From Gnetum montanum (Eukaryota; Plantae; Gnetophyta): a stretch of 64,000 nucleotides of DNA. A program made the position numbers and the translations under genes. The notes below the pieces were generated by a model, which searched no databases, was not told where the DNA came from, and saw nothing but the letters and a program-made list of their open reading frames with translations. Numbering within the stretch: the stretch's first letter is position 1; each line of letters begins with the position of its first letter. Of the stretch, positions 1 to 15,224 are shown in pieces. Location of the stretch: NCBI GenBank assembly GCA_015680685.1, contig MNCI01002109.1:462784-526783 (forward strand), written 5' to 3'.

Positions 1-369
1 GCCACATCCTTTTCCCCATAACTACTACCCTCTAGAATATCATCAAAACCATACTCCACAACCTAAGTCTTCCTCTACTTATCCTTCTTCATATGCATTA
101 CATAACTATGCACTATCTAACACCACTTCCTTGCCTCCTGCACCACCAATGCTAGGAAAAATTCCTTTATAACCATAGCAACACAATGCTATGAGAGCAA
201 TAAACTTGCAATCGAATGATTATCTAGGTGGATTTAAACATAAGCCTCAAAAGAAGGCTTTCTTCAGGCACAAAGTCCATAGAAGCCCTTACAAATGTTT
301 GTGGCTACTAACTATGCAACAACTACTTCTGAAACTATTTTTGAGCCTCCTTCAAACTAAACATCCTCT

Positions 370-3300
370 AATTTCCATAATATTATGTTGACCCATGAGG
401 TTATTGATTGGATAAAGGTAGGTCACCTTCCCAAGAAATGATCTAGTCTTGAAAGCCTCCTTATCTATTTGTAGATTGCAGGAAATAATCCATGTAAGGT
501 TCTATTAGATTTAGGTTTTTTGGTAACTTAATCTTTCAAGAAATTTATAAGACCTAGAACCTACTTTCACTTAAGAACTGTCACATTAGATTGGAGCTTG
601 CAAATTAGTCGACCATGATTCCTTTAGGATTGGTAAAGGACAATGTGATAACTGTCTATTAGTGATCTTATCCAACAAGTTTCTTGGAGATCCATGTGGA
701 TAATTATAAGGGGAACTTTCATATTATTATGAGAAGGGCTTAGCTTAGCACAATTGATGCTAAAATTGGGATTCTAGATCTTTCCTATGAAATTTCCAAG
801 AAAAATGAGTTTGGAAAATTTAAGAAGAAGCAAGTTTCGTGCATCAAATACAGTGACATAGGGTGCCATTATGTGTATAGATTATGGGCCGTAAAAAGTA
901 TATCTATCCAAGCATGTAATCAATATGTCAAAATGTAATGTTGAATGTTCAAAAGTGCTTATATGCAATAGTAAGAATGTACTTGGTGACTAACCACAAA
1001 TAATAGTGCTTAATCCACAATGTACATGGAACCAATGGAACTCCTCACAAGTGCCTACATAGATAATTTGGATGACCTTGAGTAAATTTAACACCAACTT
1101 TCCCATAAAAATGAGGAGATGGATTAGGGAAAGTTGAAATCCTAAATGATTTTAAGCATCATTCACTTGAACTTAAGGCTCTATTGACAACCTTAGAATA
1201 TACATTTCTCAATAATGGAAAACTAGTAATAATAAATGTCAAATTTACCCAAGACTAGAAAAAGAAGCTATTGAAAGTAGTAAACAAATGGCCAATAGCC
1301 TTTGCATGATCATATCATGAGTTGATAGGGATAGATCCAAGGATATGCCAATATAAAATCTAAACATATCCCTTCAATAAGCTAAGAAGGCAATGACGGA
1401 GAAGGTTTAATCCAAAACTTAAGCAAGTTATTAAGGAAGAAATTGGACAACTTCTTAAGGTAGGGTTCATTTATCCCATTACAAATAGTGAGTGGGTTAG
1501 CTCATTCGTAATTGTACCAATGGAAGGAGAAAAATGGAAAGTCTACATAGATTTGAGATTGCTAAATATGATAACCTTTAAAGATCATTTTCTATTATCA
1601 TTTGTGGACTAGGTGTTGGATACTATTATGAGGCATAACTACTAAAAATTTTTGGATGGTTATAGTGGCTATAACTAAATTCAAATAGCACTGGAAGATT
1701 AGGCCAAAAAAACCTTCACAAGTCCATGGGGGACTTTTACATATAAAAAGATGCCCTTTGGCCTTTGCAATGCCCCTACAACTTTTTAATATTTGGCGCT
1801 CAACATTTTTCAGCAGCAGATTGATACTAGTATGAAGTCTTCATGGATGACTTCTCCACCTATTGTACCAGCTTTAAGAAAGCATTGGACTATGTGGAGT
1901 AAGTGCTAAAACATTATGTGAAGATCACCTTAAGGTTTAATTGGCAAAAAAGCTATCTGATGATCCAAGAGGACATAGTCCTAGGGCATAGAATTTTAGA
2001 AAAAGAGATCACGGTGGACCTAGATAAAGTATAATTTATCTAAGGAATTATGAAACAACTTGAAATGGTAAAATATGTGAGGTCATTCCTTGGGCACACT
2101 TGTTACTATCAGTGCTTCATTGAGAACTTCTTGAAAATCACTAAATCATTGGTAGAGCTAATAAAGAAGGATGCATATTTCAATTGGACCAAGGAATGCA
2201 AATAAGCATTTCAGCAACTAAAGTAGAAGTTTGTAGAAACTCCCATTTTGTGTGCTCTAGAGTGGTTCAGATCATTTTATATAATGACAAATCCATCCAA
2301 CTATGCATTAGGGATAGTTCTTACACAATTGGACAATCAAAAATGTTCATATTACATCAATTTTGCAAGTAGAAGCATTGTGACTACACAATTGAATTAT
2401 ACCACCATTGAAAAGGATCTTATGACAGTAGTATACTCTTTGGAAAAATTTAGGCACTATGTCCTTGGATACAAAATCATTGTGCACATGGATCACAATT
2501 CCATCCACTTCCTCATGAACAAGCCAACATTAAGCTCCCATGTCATATGATGGTTGGTGATTTTGTAAGATTTTGATCTTACATTTATGGATAGAAAGAA
2601 AACTAAGAACGTGGTCACTGATCACTTATATTCATTATGATGTGATGGAAAATAGAATTAATAATATTTATTTGATTAATTTCCAGATGAACTTCTCTTT
2701 GTCAAATTCATTGATGTTTAGATACTTAGATGTACCAATTAGTACAATGAATTTCTCATCTACTTTCTCACTTAGGAGACTTTAGTAGAATGGAACAACA
2801 CAAAGAAACAATAGTTTCTTCACCAAGCCAAAAACTACATGAAGATCCAATGTAACATTTATAGGATTTGTGTTGATGGCTTGCTACAATGGTATGTACC
2901 AAATGTTGATCAACTATGGATCCTCTAAGATGCTCATGAAGGTTCTTGTATGGGCCATTATGTAGGCAAGAGGATGACCGTGAAGATCTTTGTGGTAGGA
3001 TACTTCTAGCCAATCATATTCAAAGATGCTCATAATTTTTTCCGTTCATGTGAACGCTACCAAAGAGATGGAGGAATGAATATATGAATGGAAGGATCTC
3101 AACAATGGATCTAACCATTGAAACCCTTTAATCTTTGGGGCCTCTATTTCATGGGATCCATCACTCCCATGTCAAATGGGAAGGCTTACATCATTGTTGC
3201 TATTGACTACTACACGAAATGAGCAGAAGCTATAGCCGTGGTTGATTGTTCATCTTCCACTATAGCATGGTTTGTTCAACAAAATGTGGTAAATAGGTTT

Positions 3301-4080
3301 GGTGTGTAAAGGGAATTTATTTTAGATTATGGAACTCACTTTATAGGATTTACTATTCAAAAATTAATGTAACACTTGAGGGTGCAACATAAACTTATAA
3401 CCCCTTATGATCCTTAAGCTAACAGACAAGCTAAGGTTACTAATAGGGAGATAACTAGGATCCTAACACAAACCATTAGTTGATATAAGAAGGACTAGAG
3501 TATAAAATGAAATGATGTTGTTTGGTCATATCAACCAATTAAAAGCTTCTTATGGAATACTCTCCTTACAAGCTAGTGTGTGGAAAACCATCCACACTTC
3601 CAATTCAAGCTAAGCTTTGTACACTTTCAATCCCCTATGAGCTTGAACTCAACATTGATCTAATACAAAAACAGTGACTCATGATACTTAATGTGGTAGA
3701 TAAAAACTAATAAGTAGCCTTGATGATTGAAGTGCATAAGGTACATTCCAAACAACATCATGATGTATAAATAAGGAGAGTTAAATTTCAACTTGGTGAT
3801 AAGGCCCTTTACTGGAACCCTATGCATGTACCATAATGGACTAAGTTTTAAATACTATAGAAAATATATTACATCATTCATACAACTTTTTCCTTTGATG
3901 CCATGACCATTTATCACCCATTGCATCCATAAAAACATCTATTCATCAACACCCAAAAAATTAAGCCATTCTTGGAACTAGAACTAACTAACAATATTAA
4001 CATCTCAGTATAGGAACAAGCACACTCTATTTTTTAGATCTCCTCCTTTTAACATAGTCGTGGAGGAGATGGCCATTCAA
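370..4080 (+). pseudogene. decayed Gypsy pol (PR-RT-RH-INT)
   Basis: Many TAG/TGA/TAA stops and frameshifts; collinear with pol at ~28300-31970. Confidence 0.9.
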
Positions 4081-6034
4081 ACTTGACACATTGATATGGT
4101 TCACCAATTTTTCACTTTTTTGTTTTACATTGTTCTTTATATGTTTTTCACCTTTTTTGAATATTTTTTATTATATATATATATATCTTTCAGTTTCTTT
4201 TTATTCCTGTTATTGGAAATCTTAGATTTTGATTATTACTACTGCAACTCTGGAAAGTACAAGGAAAAGCTATCAACATTAGGAGTAATTCACCAAATGA
4301 TCATTTTTTTTTTAGATTATGTAACCTACTAACACTTTGTCAATTTTTTGGTGATATTAGGTAGTGAGATCATAACATCTACCCATTTCATTTATTCCTT
4401 GGGAAAATCAATATCCTAGAAGCATAAGATTCTTTCACATTAAAACTTAACAATTAATCTATGATCTTGATACTCAACGAGCTGGAAAAGAACCTAGTGG
4501 GAATGGAACAAGGTGTGATCTCAAGGAGATTTGACATAGTTTCTTTCAAAATTGTTCTTAAGATTCTATGATACTCCAATGGTATACCATCACTCATACT
4601 ATTGATCATAAAAGAAAGCACATCTTTGCATGGTGTGGTTCTTGTGAAAAAAAAAATAACAAGAAGAACAAAAATTCAAAGCACATACCTTAGAATAAAT
4701 AATGGGCTACAAGCACTAGTTATGAGGCTAGAAAGATATGTTACCTATGCTTGAAGGCACCCCTTTAACTAAGACCTTCTCTACTTTCATCTTATTTTTT
4801 CTTATTCTCTCGGAGTGATGGTTTTCCTTTAGAGTTGTGCTAGACTTTTGATTGATGTCTAAAGGGTATACGTTGATGTGAGATCACTAAAAGTGGGAAA
4901 GGCTCGATCTTAACTTGGAATAGATTGGGATTAGATCACCTTAATCATGAATTCCACCATGAATCTTGTGCAACTAGGATGACGATAACCTCTTCCATAA
5001 TCTCTCTCTACCATTTATTCATTCATGGTTTATCATCTCATTGCCTCATATCATAGGATATTATTTAGTTTTTTGCTAGATCATATAAACCTTAAACAAT
5101 TATCTCTAGGTGTGAGATTTAACTTTACCACTAACTATTCATCATACTTGGGACCCATCAACTCTCTATGATAAAGGTATACAAGGGTACATTTGACATC
5201 TACTTGCTTTGGGAAGGATCCACTTGCATTCCTTTAGTTTCCTAAAGTGAAATTTCCTACCATGGATCATTGGTTTGATCCTTCATTTGGATATCATTAA
5301 AACCATCTAGTTTTTCTTTATTTGGCATTCCAGTTTCATTCAAACTCCATTATACTCACTTCCATCAAGTTCAACTAATCCTCTTATATGTTGTTGCCAT
5401 TATTCTCCATCTTTCTAGCTTCATTGGACTCTTGTTTCATCTCTAAACTTATCCAAAATTCCTCCAATTCATAAAAATGAAAAATAGCTAAGTATAGTTG
5501 CATCAATGTAGCCCTGTCAATGCACCATAAAATTCTATATATACACATAACACTTAGCTCATTTTACATCATTTTTACAAAGATAAAGAGGATTTTTTGC
5601 AAGTTTTCAAAGTCCAAGAACCTTCCATGTGCTTTAACTTTCAAACTGCTAATCTATTTTCATCTATTTTTCAATCCTTGTGCTACTGGAGGTAAGCTTT
5701 ACAACATGGGGAACAAAAACCTTTAGTTTCTTGTAGAAAAGTTTTTAAAATTTTCCTAATTCTCTAAGGCCAATCCATTAAAATAATATTTAAAAAATAA
5801 TAATGTTAAGTTTCTTATCAAAAAGGGTTGAACCAAACAAAAAAAAATTTCATAGTAAGTGAATAAAAATAATATTAAAATAATACACCTAGCCAAGATC
5901 ATAAATAAAAATTTCAAATGATAAACTTTTAACACCCAATAACTAAACGTAATATGATCTAACAAGAAAGGTATCAGAATAACTAAAGGGTTATGAAGTA
6001 AAAGGATAATTATGGGTTATGCTTGTGATTACAG

Positions 6035-8900
6035 ATGGCATTGAAATGAGAACCATTGGTGGGAGGGCCCTCACAGCCTAGGGAAAAGCAACCCAGAGAA
6101 GGAGGGGACCAACAATAGAAAAAACTACAATAGCTCTAAGAGCAAGCAACTAAGGTAACTCATGACATAGGACCTCTTTTGGAAGAGCTTAAAGTGGAAT
6201 CTGTTAGCAAGATTTTCACTACAGAGATAGGCCAATCCAAGCAAGTTGAGGCCCCTAGGCCAAGGCCTAGACTAGAAGTCACTCTCATAGAGGCATGTTT
6301 AGAAAAAATTAAGACTAAGAAGGTCCAAAGTTCTATCATTCAAGAGTTGAAGTTTGAATCCTTCTTGGAGTTGACATCAGAGGAGGGCCGCACATAACTA
6401 TAAGGGTGTTCCTTATGGCCTGTTCTCTCCAATAGTGGAGAATGGTGCATAGGGGAGACTTATCTATTCTAGAACAACCAACAAGGATCTCCTACTCAAT
6501 TGAGGCCATTACGGAGGTCCTTAGTTTGCCAGACATAGGGGCTAGGTTGGCTAAGATACCAACATAGGTGGACCTAGAAGCTAAAAAGAAGTGGGTTTAG
6601 TGATGTTATGGGGTGAACTACAAGGAGTATAGTGCTATCACAAAGGTAGAGAGAGCATAATTTAAAATTGCAACCTATCACCTAAATCCAATGATGAGGC
6701 CTAGTAAAGTAACAACCTTCTCTACCTAAGCATGTGCTGCTTTGATTAGGAAATTCCTAGTTAGCCTTCCCCAAATCATTTTCTTAGAGATTGTGAAATG
6801 CTTCAAGGAAAATGAAAAGGAAAGGAAGACACTCCTTTCTAAGTATCATATGCAAGCTATGCAAAAGAAGAGAAATCACTTGTTATGCTAATGATGTGAT
6901 CCACCACATTTTTGCCACATCTTGATAGGAGATGATGAAAGACAAGGTAGCAACTAAGCTATAGGAAGAGAATTAGCAACAACCACAATCACTTGGAACT
7001 ACATTGAATATGTTTGTGGTTGCAGAATGGATAAGGAAGGTTTGAGAGTAGCACCTATAGCAATAATAAGTTTCTACAAGTGGTGGCAAGTAATCCATTT
7101 ATTGTCCAACCAAGAACAATTTAAATGAGTTCACAAGGACCATTAGCTAGTTGGATAGTGAAACATCTCCACTATTCTTTGCACAAAGGAACCAAGCATC
7201 CATAAGATCTAATCCAAGTACCAGGGAGATCATAGTGTTCATTCTTAGAAAAACATTTCGTAAGATTCTAGGAACTACTACAGCCTTCTCCATCATGCTG
7301 GAGGAAGGTGAGGGGGCAATCATCTTGGTTATGTAGCATAAAAGCTAAAAGATAGAGGCTAACATGGTTGTTGAAGCCCTAAATGCTCCTGCGGTGGTTG
7401 TAATTAACATTTCCACCATGGTAGACATCCATGCGGTGGTTGTAACTAACATTTCCACCATGGTAGACATCCATGTGTCTGCAGGAGTAGGAAGTGGTTA
7501 GATGAGTATGAGTATTGTTCAACACGAGGAGGTGTTGGAAAGACTAGTTGGAGTTGAGCAATTTCTTTTAGAGATCTTTGATCTTTTGGATAACATTAAA
7601 GTAAACTAGTCATAGTTGCTCAAGACAAGGGGTAAGTTGCTAATTGGTAAGGCAAAACTTGAGGAGGCCATCATAGCTAATTGGCAGCTAGTCATTAAAG
7701 TTGCTAAGTTGTGAGCTTGTCTCTCTAACCCTATAATTCTTAGCCAAAACTTACTAGGGATGAAGCTTTTTAATAGCCTAAGAATGCAAAGGATATGAAA
7801 ATATTTGATGCATCCTTGTCAAAAGCCATGGTTAACAACACTGATAAGGAGCTATCGTAGGTTTGCAAGAAAACCTTAGTCCTCATGAAGGATAACCATT
7901 GCCTACAAAATGTTGAGTAATAGAAGGACCAATTGATCAAGTTAATATGCTAGCAACAAGAGTAGCTTGCTAAGGTAAACTTGGATCTAAGAAGGTTAGC
8001 AACAAAAAATCATATTCTCTCAATGGAGGAAGTTCATGTTCTTTACCCAAAGACCACAATTAAGATAGTTTCCTAGAAGAATAAGGTTTTGAAGTTTGAG
8101 CAAGTGAAAAATCATTGCTAGAACCAAGTTGGACTACTCAATAAGATTAACGAGAAAGAAATTCAACTTGTAAAGGTGAAGATGACTGAGGCCCTCTAGA
8201 AACTCCAATAATGAGGCAATGTATGACAACCCATATTTGATGAATTGAATGCATATAACAAGGCTAAGATTAGCCTAAAGGAGTTGTAGATTGAGGAGAT
8301 GATGGAGTACATGGAGCTTGCCAACCTTTATTATGCAAACTTGGTGATGCTAATAGTAGGGAGGCTAAGAATAGAGTTGAAGAAGTAGGGTGCCAATTCA
8401 TATCTCCTTTATAAGGCAAAATTCAAGCTCCATAAAGAGATAAAAAAAAGGTTGGGACAACCAACATAGAGCTTGAAGTTCTTAGGAGCAACTAATCAAT
8501 GGTCTATTGCTGAGAACCTAACAAGATGGATGAATGACTATGAGGAGTTGTAGAACCTAGTAAAGACATTTAACATTGAATGTAAATAATTTGTAGCTTG
8601 GTTTATTAATGTGAAGGAAATGTTTCCTTCAATGCCATGCCTATGGAACATCCCTACACTAGCCCACATTGCTGAAGTTGCTTAGATTATTTATGATCCA
8701 TGGAATAAGGAAGGAAAACTAAAAGCACTCCTAGATGCTTTTAAACTTTCGACAATGATAGAAACAGTAGCAATTCAACTGTAGCCTCTAGTAGCATGAG
8801 GACATGATGAAGGACTATCTAAACCATAGGAGCCTCCACCTCTAGGGATAGTTTGAGAATTTATCCCATCTCTAATCATCTAACAGGAACCTGCTACAAT
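6035..8900 (+). pseudogene. decayed Athila-like accessory ORF2 (PMD/Transposase_32-like N-terminal half plus coiled coil)
   Basis: GTGATTACAG|ATGGC start at 6035 is in frame with ORF 6179-6397. Collinear and similar to ORF2 at 15225-18030. 3' end is approximate. Confidence 0.7.
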
Positions 8901-9092
8901 TTATCTAAGTGTTCAGTTTTATTATTAAGGATACTTACTTTTGTGAACAGTGCACAATTCGATACTTAGAGTTAGTTAGAGGTAGTTTGTTGGTCTTTAT
9001 GTCAATAATTCCATCCCTTCCAAAAATTTTATAAGAAACTTGATTCCAATTTTATTCACTTGAGGGTGAGTTTTCAATTAGTTGTGGGGGTA

Positions 9093-9975
9093 TGATTAAC
9101 CATCATAAGATAGGTTGCGTTGAGGCATGCCCATTGACATAGCCCCATTGATGCATGCTAGGATGCATTAACGTAGATAAGTTGATGCTAACATAGTCAT
9201 TGCCTATATAAATGCATGTAACCTTTACATTTATAATACATTTTGGTCTTAGTCTTAGGTGAACTCTTGTAGTTTCTTCCTTCAAGAGTTAGAACATTTT
9301 CCCTTTGAGTGCATAAAGTGTGGATTTATGAGATTGTATGGATTTTTATTTGAGTGCTTATGTACCTAAACACATTGGCATGATCAACAATAAAATCAAG
9401 ATTTTCTACATTCATTGTAGCACTTAGAATAGTTTAATCTTACTGTTTTGCACTTTACAAGCACTTTACATTACTGGTCTTATTTATTTAATTAATGACA
9501 TCATTTATAATCACATGAGTACAACCATTTCAAGCATAACATATTAACACTTGGTAATTTAAGTAGTGGATATTTGGTACACCTAGTAGTATATACTTAA
9601 CAACCCAGTAGCCCTATGACTAGTTCAGGATGTGTATGGTAAATGGTAATAGATACTCCATATTAGGATAGTTAGTTAATGAGATATTTGATTCGTTAAA
9701 TAATTCAATCATTAAACTTTCTTTTAATCACTTAGCAATTAGGATAAATAATAATAAATAATCATAAAAATAAATATCTTATGCCTTAACCACACTTAGC
9801 CATATGCATAGTTAAAACACAAGTGTGAATTAAAAAGACAATGACTTGTAACTACATGATTCATTATTTAAGAATATTGGCAACTTGGGTGGCTAAGTCT
9901 ATGGAATTTGACTAGATCATTAGTGAATGCTTGTGATTTGTATGGTTGGATGTAGAGACTACTTGTCATTCATTA
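9093..9975 (+). repeat. 3' LTR of element 1
   Basis: Starts TGAT just after the PPT, contains a TATA box (CTATATAAAT ~9205), and ends TGTCATTCATTA, resembling the CGCCACTCATCA end of the sister LTRs. Confidence 0.75.
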
Positions 9976-10307
9976 GATGTTATTTAGGTTATGTGAGCCC
10001 CTCAAATAGGCTCAAAATTGATAGAATGTAATAGGCCACCATCAACCTTAGTAGCCCTCTTATACCATGAATTGTTTTTCTAACAAAAGTAAAAGTAGAT
10101 GGGAGCTTGTAAGGTTTGGAACTTTGAATTATGAAAGTTTTTTTTATCGATGATGATGGAAGATTGGATATTTTTCATAGCCATTTTATATATCTTATGT
10201 GCTAGCACAAAATTAGTTGCTTTTTCAACAAAAGAAAAATTATATTGGAGTCTACAAGGTTTGAAACCAATAAGAACTAAATGATTATAGGTTCCAACAA
10301 GACTATG

Positions 10308-11120
10308 TGATGAGTCGTCATTCAGGGTGACCGCGATATCGCGACCATGATATCACGTACACAATATCGTAGCTTGTCTCCTCATCTATAAATAAGAGGT
10401 AGATAGAAGAGTTAGATATCATAGATCATTAGTTTTAGTTTAAGTTTGATTTTAGTTTTCATTTTCTTTCTCTTCCTTTTTCTCTCTGTGTATGCCCGCA
10501 ATGTGGTAATTGTAATTGTATGGCATCCTTTATTCGAGTGTGATGTACTTGGACATGCACATGACCAGAAATAAAGATTGAGATTACTTCATCATTGTAG
10601 CATTCACTTAGCTTAATTATTTAATTAATTATTATTTACTGCTTTCCTAGTTAATCTCTCTCACCCTTAAACTCACGTTAAAACGTGGAATGAGTACGAC
10701 TTGATTACGAGCATTTAAGTGTGACTACTTGGTAACCTAGTAGCATACCTAGGATCTGTGCTTGGTAATCCCAGTGGTAGTCATGCACAAAGTCCAAGGT
10801 GTGTACGAATAATCAAGGAACGGATGCTCATCACACCTAGGCCAGCTAGATTCCTTCTCAACCTTCTCTCTTAGTTTAAATAATATTACTTTCCCTTGCC
10901 TTCAGGAGTAGCATTAGATTAGAAACGACATCATACACCGCACTCTAGACTAAACCATATGTGACAAAGATAATAGTAGTCTAGGTGGGAAGATAGCAAA
11001 CTGTGACCTAAGGATAACTGTCTAGATGCCACAACTAGTATGTCTATGGAGTTCGACTGGATTGCGTGTGTAACGCTCGTATTTGTATGGTTGAGTGTAG
11101 GGGTACCTCGCCACTCATCA
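10308..11120 (+). repeat. 5' LTR
   Basis: TGATGAG start, CTCATCA end, TATAAATA at 10387-10394, direct repeat of 18177-19003. Confidence 0.95.
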
Positions 11121-11121
11121 T

Positions 11122-11140
11122 TGGCACCGTTGCTAGGGAC
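11122..11140 (+). promoter_or_regulatory. primer binding site, tRNA-Asp type
   Basis: TGGCACCGTTGCTAGGGAC versus the Athila-type TGGCGCCGTTGCCGGGGA (complement of the plant tRNA-Asp 3' end); the differences are transitions. Confidence 0.85.
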
Positions 11141-11261
11141 GGTGCTAGTTATCTAGATTAGTTATATCATAAAAGGTCACTGTATAGAAATTAACGATAT
11201 ATCTTTTAGAAAGAAATAATTATAAAAAGTCACACATAAATTCACACACAACTTCACAACT

Positions 11262-13256
11262 ATGGCTCTTCTACAAGATCATAACAGTGCCACAATTAGT
11301 GAGGAAGTTCATTGGAGAACCAATGAACTATATGACGATGAAGATTGGAGTACACAACCCGAGGTGGGGGTTTTTTATAAACATAAACAAAAGCAACATC
11401 ATCACAACGCATGAAGGCATAACCTATTGGATGATGGTGAAACCCCACTGGCCACTATGATCGTAACACAAATACAAGAGGCGTTCGAATCTCATGTAGG
11501 CATCGTAAAGAGAGCTGTCTACCCAGGCTCGATTTGAATAAATTTCCTAAATTTTCAAGAGGCTATGACTTAGATCTGCATCAACATTTACAAACCTTCT
11601 ACGATGCTTGTACATGGAACAACATTGATAATAGATGGCAAAAACTCAAACTCTTTCCTATGACACTCATTGTCCAAGCAAAAGTATGGTATAGATTGTT
11701 AAAACCAAATTCAATACGACGTTGGTCAACAATGGTAGAGCTCTTTAATGCAAAATATTAAACCTACGCAAGAGTGTTAGCCTTGAGGAAACAAATCCAA
11801 GAGTGGAAACAAGCACAACATGAACCCTTGGACATGGCCTTAGAAAGATATTATGCACTATTGAACAACTGTCCAAAGCATGGGTTTTCCAAGGAAAGGC
11901 TAATGTACCATATCACTGATGGGCTACGTAATGAAACAAGAGAAACCTTAGGAATGTATTCCCAAGGTCAACTATACGAACTACAAACCCATCAAGTCCA
12001 AGAGCTTGTTAAGCAAGTAGCAAAAGAAGAAGGAGAATTAGCTCAATGGGATAGTGTTGAAAAATATCAACGGGACCAAAATCTCAACTTAACAGAGGTC
12101 CATAATCATAAAAAGGAGAAATGAACCCATCTCAAGGTGGAAACATCATCTTTGCCAATGCAACAATCACTAGAAGAAGTTGAGGCAAAGATCAATAAGA
12201 TGTTGGAATGGATGTATAAAAAGTGTGGAGAATGTATTAATCTCATTGGAGATAGAGTTTTGACAACCCAAGAAGTAGGACAAAGTATTGGTAGACAATC
12301 GAAACGAAGGGGTAAGGAAGATAAAAGCGCAACTGCCAATCACATGTATGAATGCACCATTTGCCTATATGATCACCCCAAGGGCCGATGCCCAATCTTG
12401 TCACATTTATATGAGCATTAGGGAAACATGTTACATCTAGAGTTTGTACAAAGATACTGTGTTCGATCACAGTGGCCACAATCCTAGTCATGGGGCAAGC
12501 CACCCTTAGACTGGAGACACCCTTCATATCATCCGAATCCAAATGCGTACCTAGTCCAATACCCTGTTTCTCCAACTAGGCCAACATACTCTATCTCATT
12601 GCACTACTATTCTCCTTAATACTATTAGCCCATGCCTTCAACACAACCACCACCTTGTGTACCTTATACTCCTCCTAACTTTCAACATTTTCATCCCTTT
12701 CCTCCTTCCACATCACTACCAACTGTTCCTAAGGTGTTTGCACCATAAAAAAAACCCACGAACGTCACTTGTGCTACTACTGTCAATAGCAGTGAGAGGC
12801 CTCCTCAACACTGAAAGCATCCCTTCTTTAAACATGACTGTAAGAAGGGAAAACACAATTCCGAGGCCATTGCATCATCTAATTCCGCACAAGTCCAACC
12901 TTTTGGTGCATCCTTACCTTCGAACCCAACACCTCATGTTACTTCATTAGGACCACCAACAAACACTCCAACAACCATACGACCCAATGAACTTAGCCAT
13001 GAAAGGCAACATCCCGATCCTTGCATACCATCTAACGATCACACACATCATAGTGGGTCAACTCATTACCTGGGAACCATATCCCATAAAGCGTCCCACT
13101 ATGCTTACTATAATCAAGTGTGTGAACCCCAATGGGGTAAATATGACCCAGTTCGAATATTTTCAACACGCAAGGATTCCCATTTTCCATTTATTAATCC
13201 TTGCCATCCTCAACCATTTAGCTATTGGGGATACCCCCCATTCTAGTAACAAGTAG
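11262..13256 (+). pseudogene. decayed gag (Retrotrans_gag plus zinc knuckle)
   Basis: KLKLFPMTL..AKVWY..W..M...F..KY, WKQ..E...A.ERY, and CTICLYDHPKGRCP in ORFs 11534-12421. Confidence 0.85.
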
Positions 13257-14649
13257 GATTAATAACCATCTTTCATTTTCTTCAATTTTACAACTTTTTG
13301 TTTTCCAGTTTTTCATTTTTTAATTTCTTGTTTTATCTTCTTATCTTTTTGTCTTTTAAAGCTTTTGTAAGTAATCTCATCTACGAATAAAACACTCATG
13401 TGGCTCATTGGTTGAGGTGTGTTCTATGTCATCAAGTCTCGAGTGATCAATTATTTGGATAGTGAGCCCATTACACCCACTCATCCATTCTACAAATAAG
13501 AGTTTCTATTTGAGGGTATAGTGATATTCTTGATGTTCTTAAAACTTAAAATTAATTTTGTGTTCATTGTACCTAGAATTAAGAAGGACGAACCAAGAGG
13601 GAATGATTAGGGTGTGACATCAAGGGGACTTGCGGATTCTCTTTGGTAACATCTATGGGAGTTATCATGCAATGTGGTCATTCTAAGATCCTTGTAGATG
13701 TAACAAAAAATGGGAGTAAGAGTAATCAAGAGGACACTCAGAAATTCAATGGTGTTCTAGGGGGTCCCACTGGAAAGACATGCACCCATGCCTAAAGGTT
13801 GGCAATTTCTTTGGATTCATTCATTCAAAAAAAAAAAAAGAGAAGGAAAAGAAGAAAAAAAAAGAAGAGAAAAAAAAGAGAGAAAAATGCCACAAAACAA
13901 AAATCACTCCTCCCTTGAAAAAAACACCAAGTGATCGTATGCCTTGTTGTTTTGGTACTCTCATAGTTGTTCATCATGGGATGAAACAATGCACTATCAC
14001 TGATAAGAGGAATGGAGTTGGTCCTAATCTTGGAACAATGGGTTAATGACACGTTAATCATGCTTTTCACACAGGATTTGCTGTGCCTTGGGTTAGTTAC
14101 CTCATGTCACAATCTCTATGATCCCTTCTACATTTTTTTCATATCTCACTGTTCATGTAATTGTAGCTTGTGTCATGTGTAACATAGAATTCTTACCTCA
14201 TTCTGGTGATAATTACATGTGTGTGTTTTGTAGAATCAGTGTAGATTACATTTAATCCTTCTAGTGCCCACAGACACTTTAAGTGTGGTTACACAAGGGC
14301 ATTATAGGTTAGAACCTGCTTTGGAGAGGATCCACTTGTGTAATCTTTTGTGATCTTCACTTATGACACAGCTCACACCCACCATTTCTTACCCTCAGCA
14401 TAATTTTCAAACAATTTTCTTTCCCTACTATTATCCCTTTGAATAATAACATTCCTATGTACCATTACATAACCTTTTTCTTACCACCCAAGGTCCTTAT
14501 TGATAAAACCACAGATCATAATTATTCGTGCCTTCAAATCCATCTAATTACCTTAGAACCCCTTACCAAAAGCCCAATGTCCTAAGTTTATAGCGTTGAT
14601 TTTAAGAAAATCTTCAAAAATTTGGTATTTTTTATGTCGTCCAATGTCA

Positions 14650-14750
14650 CTAGGGCCGTGATATTGTGTACATGATATTACGGCCGATGCGATATCGCAT
14701 ACGCGATGTATCATATGTGATATCGCATCCCTCAAACCTATAAATAGGTG
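14650..14750 (+). promoter_or_regulatory. putative internal promoter for ORF2
   Basis: Cluster of (GC)GATATC(GC)-type motifs followed by CCTATAAATAG (TATA at 14739-14746), the same layout as the LTR U3. Confidence 0.55.
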
Positions 14751-15224
14751 AGCCCCCTACAACACTTAGCCTCATTTCTTGTCATTCATGCAGGGGAGTT
14801 TTTCAAATTTTTCTCCAAGACTTGTTATTGTGTGACCCTTGCTTTCACATCCATATCTCGCTTGCTGGTACTCCGATTTTGATTCCGTCTGAACCTACTT
14901 GAACCTGAAGTGTTTAGCTTAGTCGCGGGGGAGGGACACCTACCGAATAGTGCCTAAATTTTTTGGAATTTATGATCACCCAAAGGACATCATTAAGGAT
15001 AATTAGTTGTAATTAAAAGTGAAATGTACCAAAAAATTATTTAACCCTTTAGGTACACCAGGAAATTAAAATTGAAAAACCACCTAAGTGAAAAGGACTC
15101 ATTATTACAATCTTTCGGGTAATATCACACAGAGATTAAATAAATTAATTAATTAAGGCAAGTAGTAAGGTATAACTTAACTTCAAAAATAACCTTACTA
15201 ATGCTTGGCCTTGTGTGATTGTAG

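Larger units (their letters stand above)
1..9975 (+). mobile_element. Athila-like Ty3/Gypsy LTR retrotransposon, 5' part outside window (decayed pol, internal PPT, ORF2, 3' LTR)
   Basis: Protease remnant ~470-750. RT remnants (MPFGLCNAP ~1752, FMDDF ~1840). RNase H ORF 2248-2550 (NYTTIEKDL..LEKFRHY). Integrase remnants ~2930-3980. PPT-like TAGTTGTGGGGG at ~9079-9090 followed by an LTR similar to the other Athila-like LTRs here. Confidence 0.9.
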
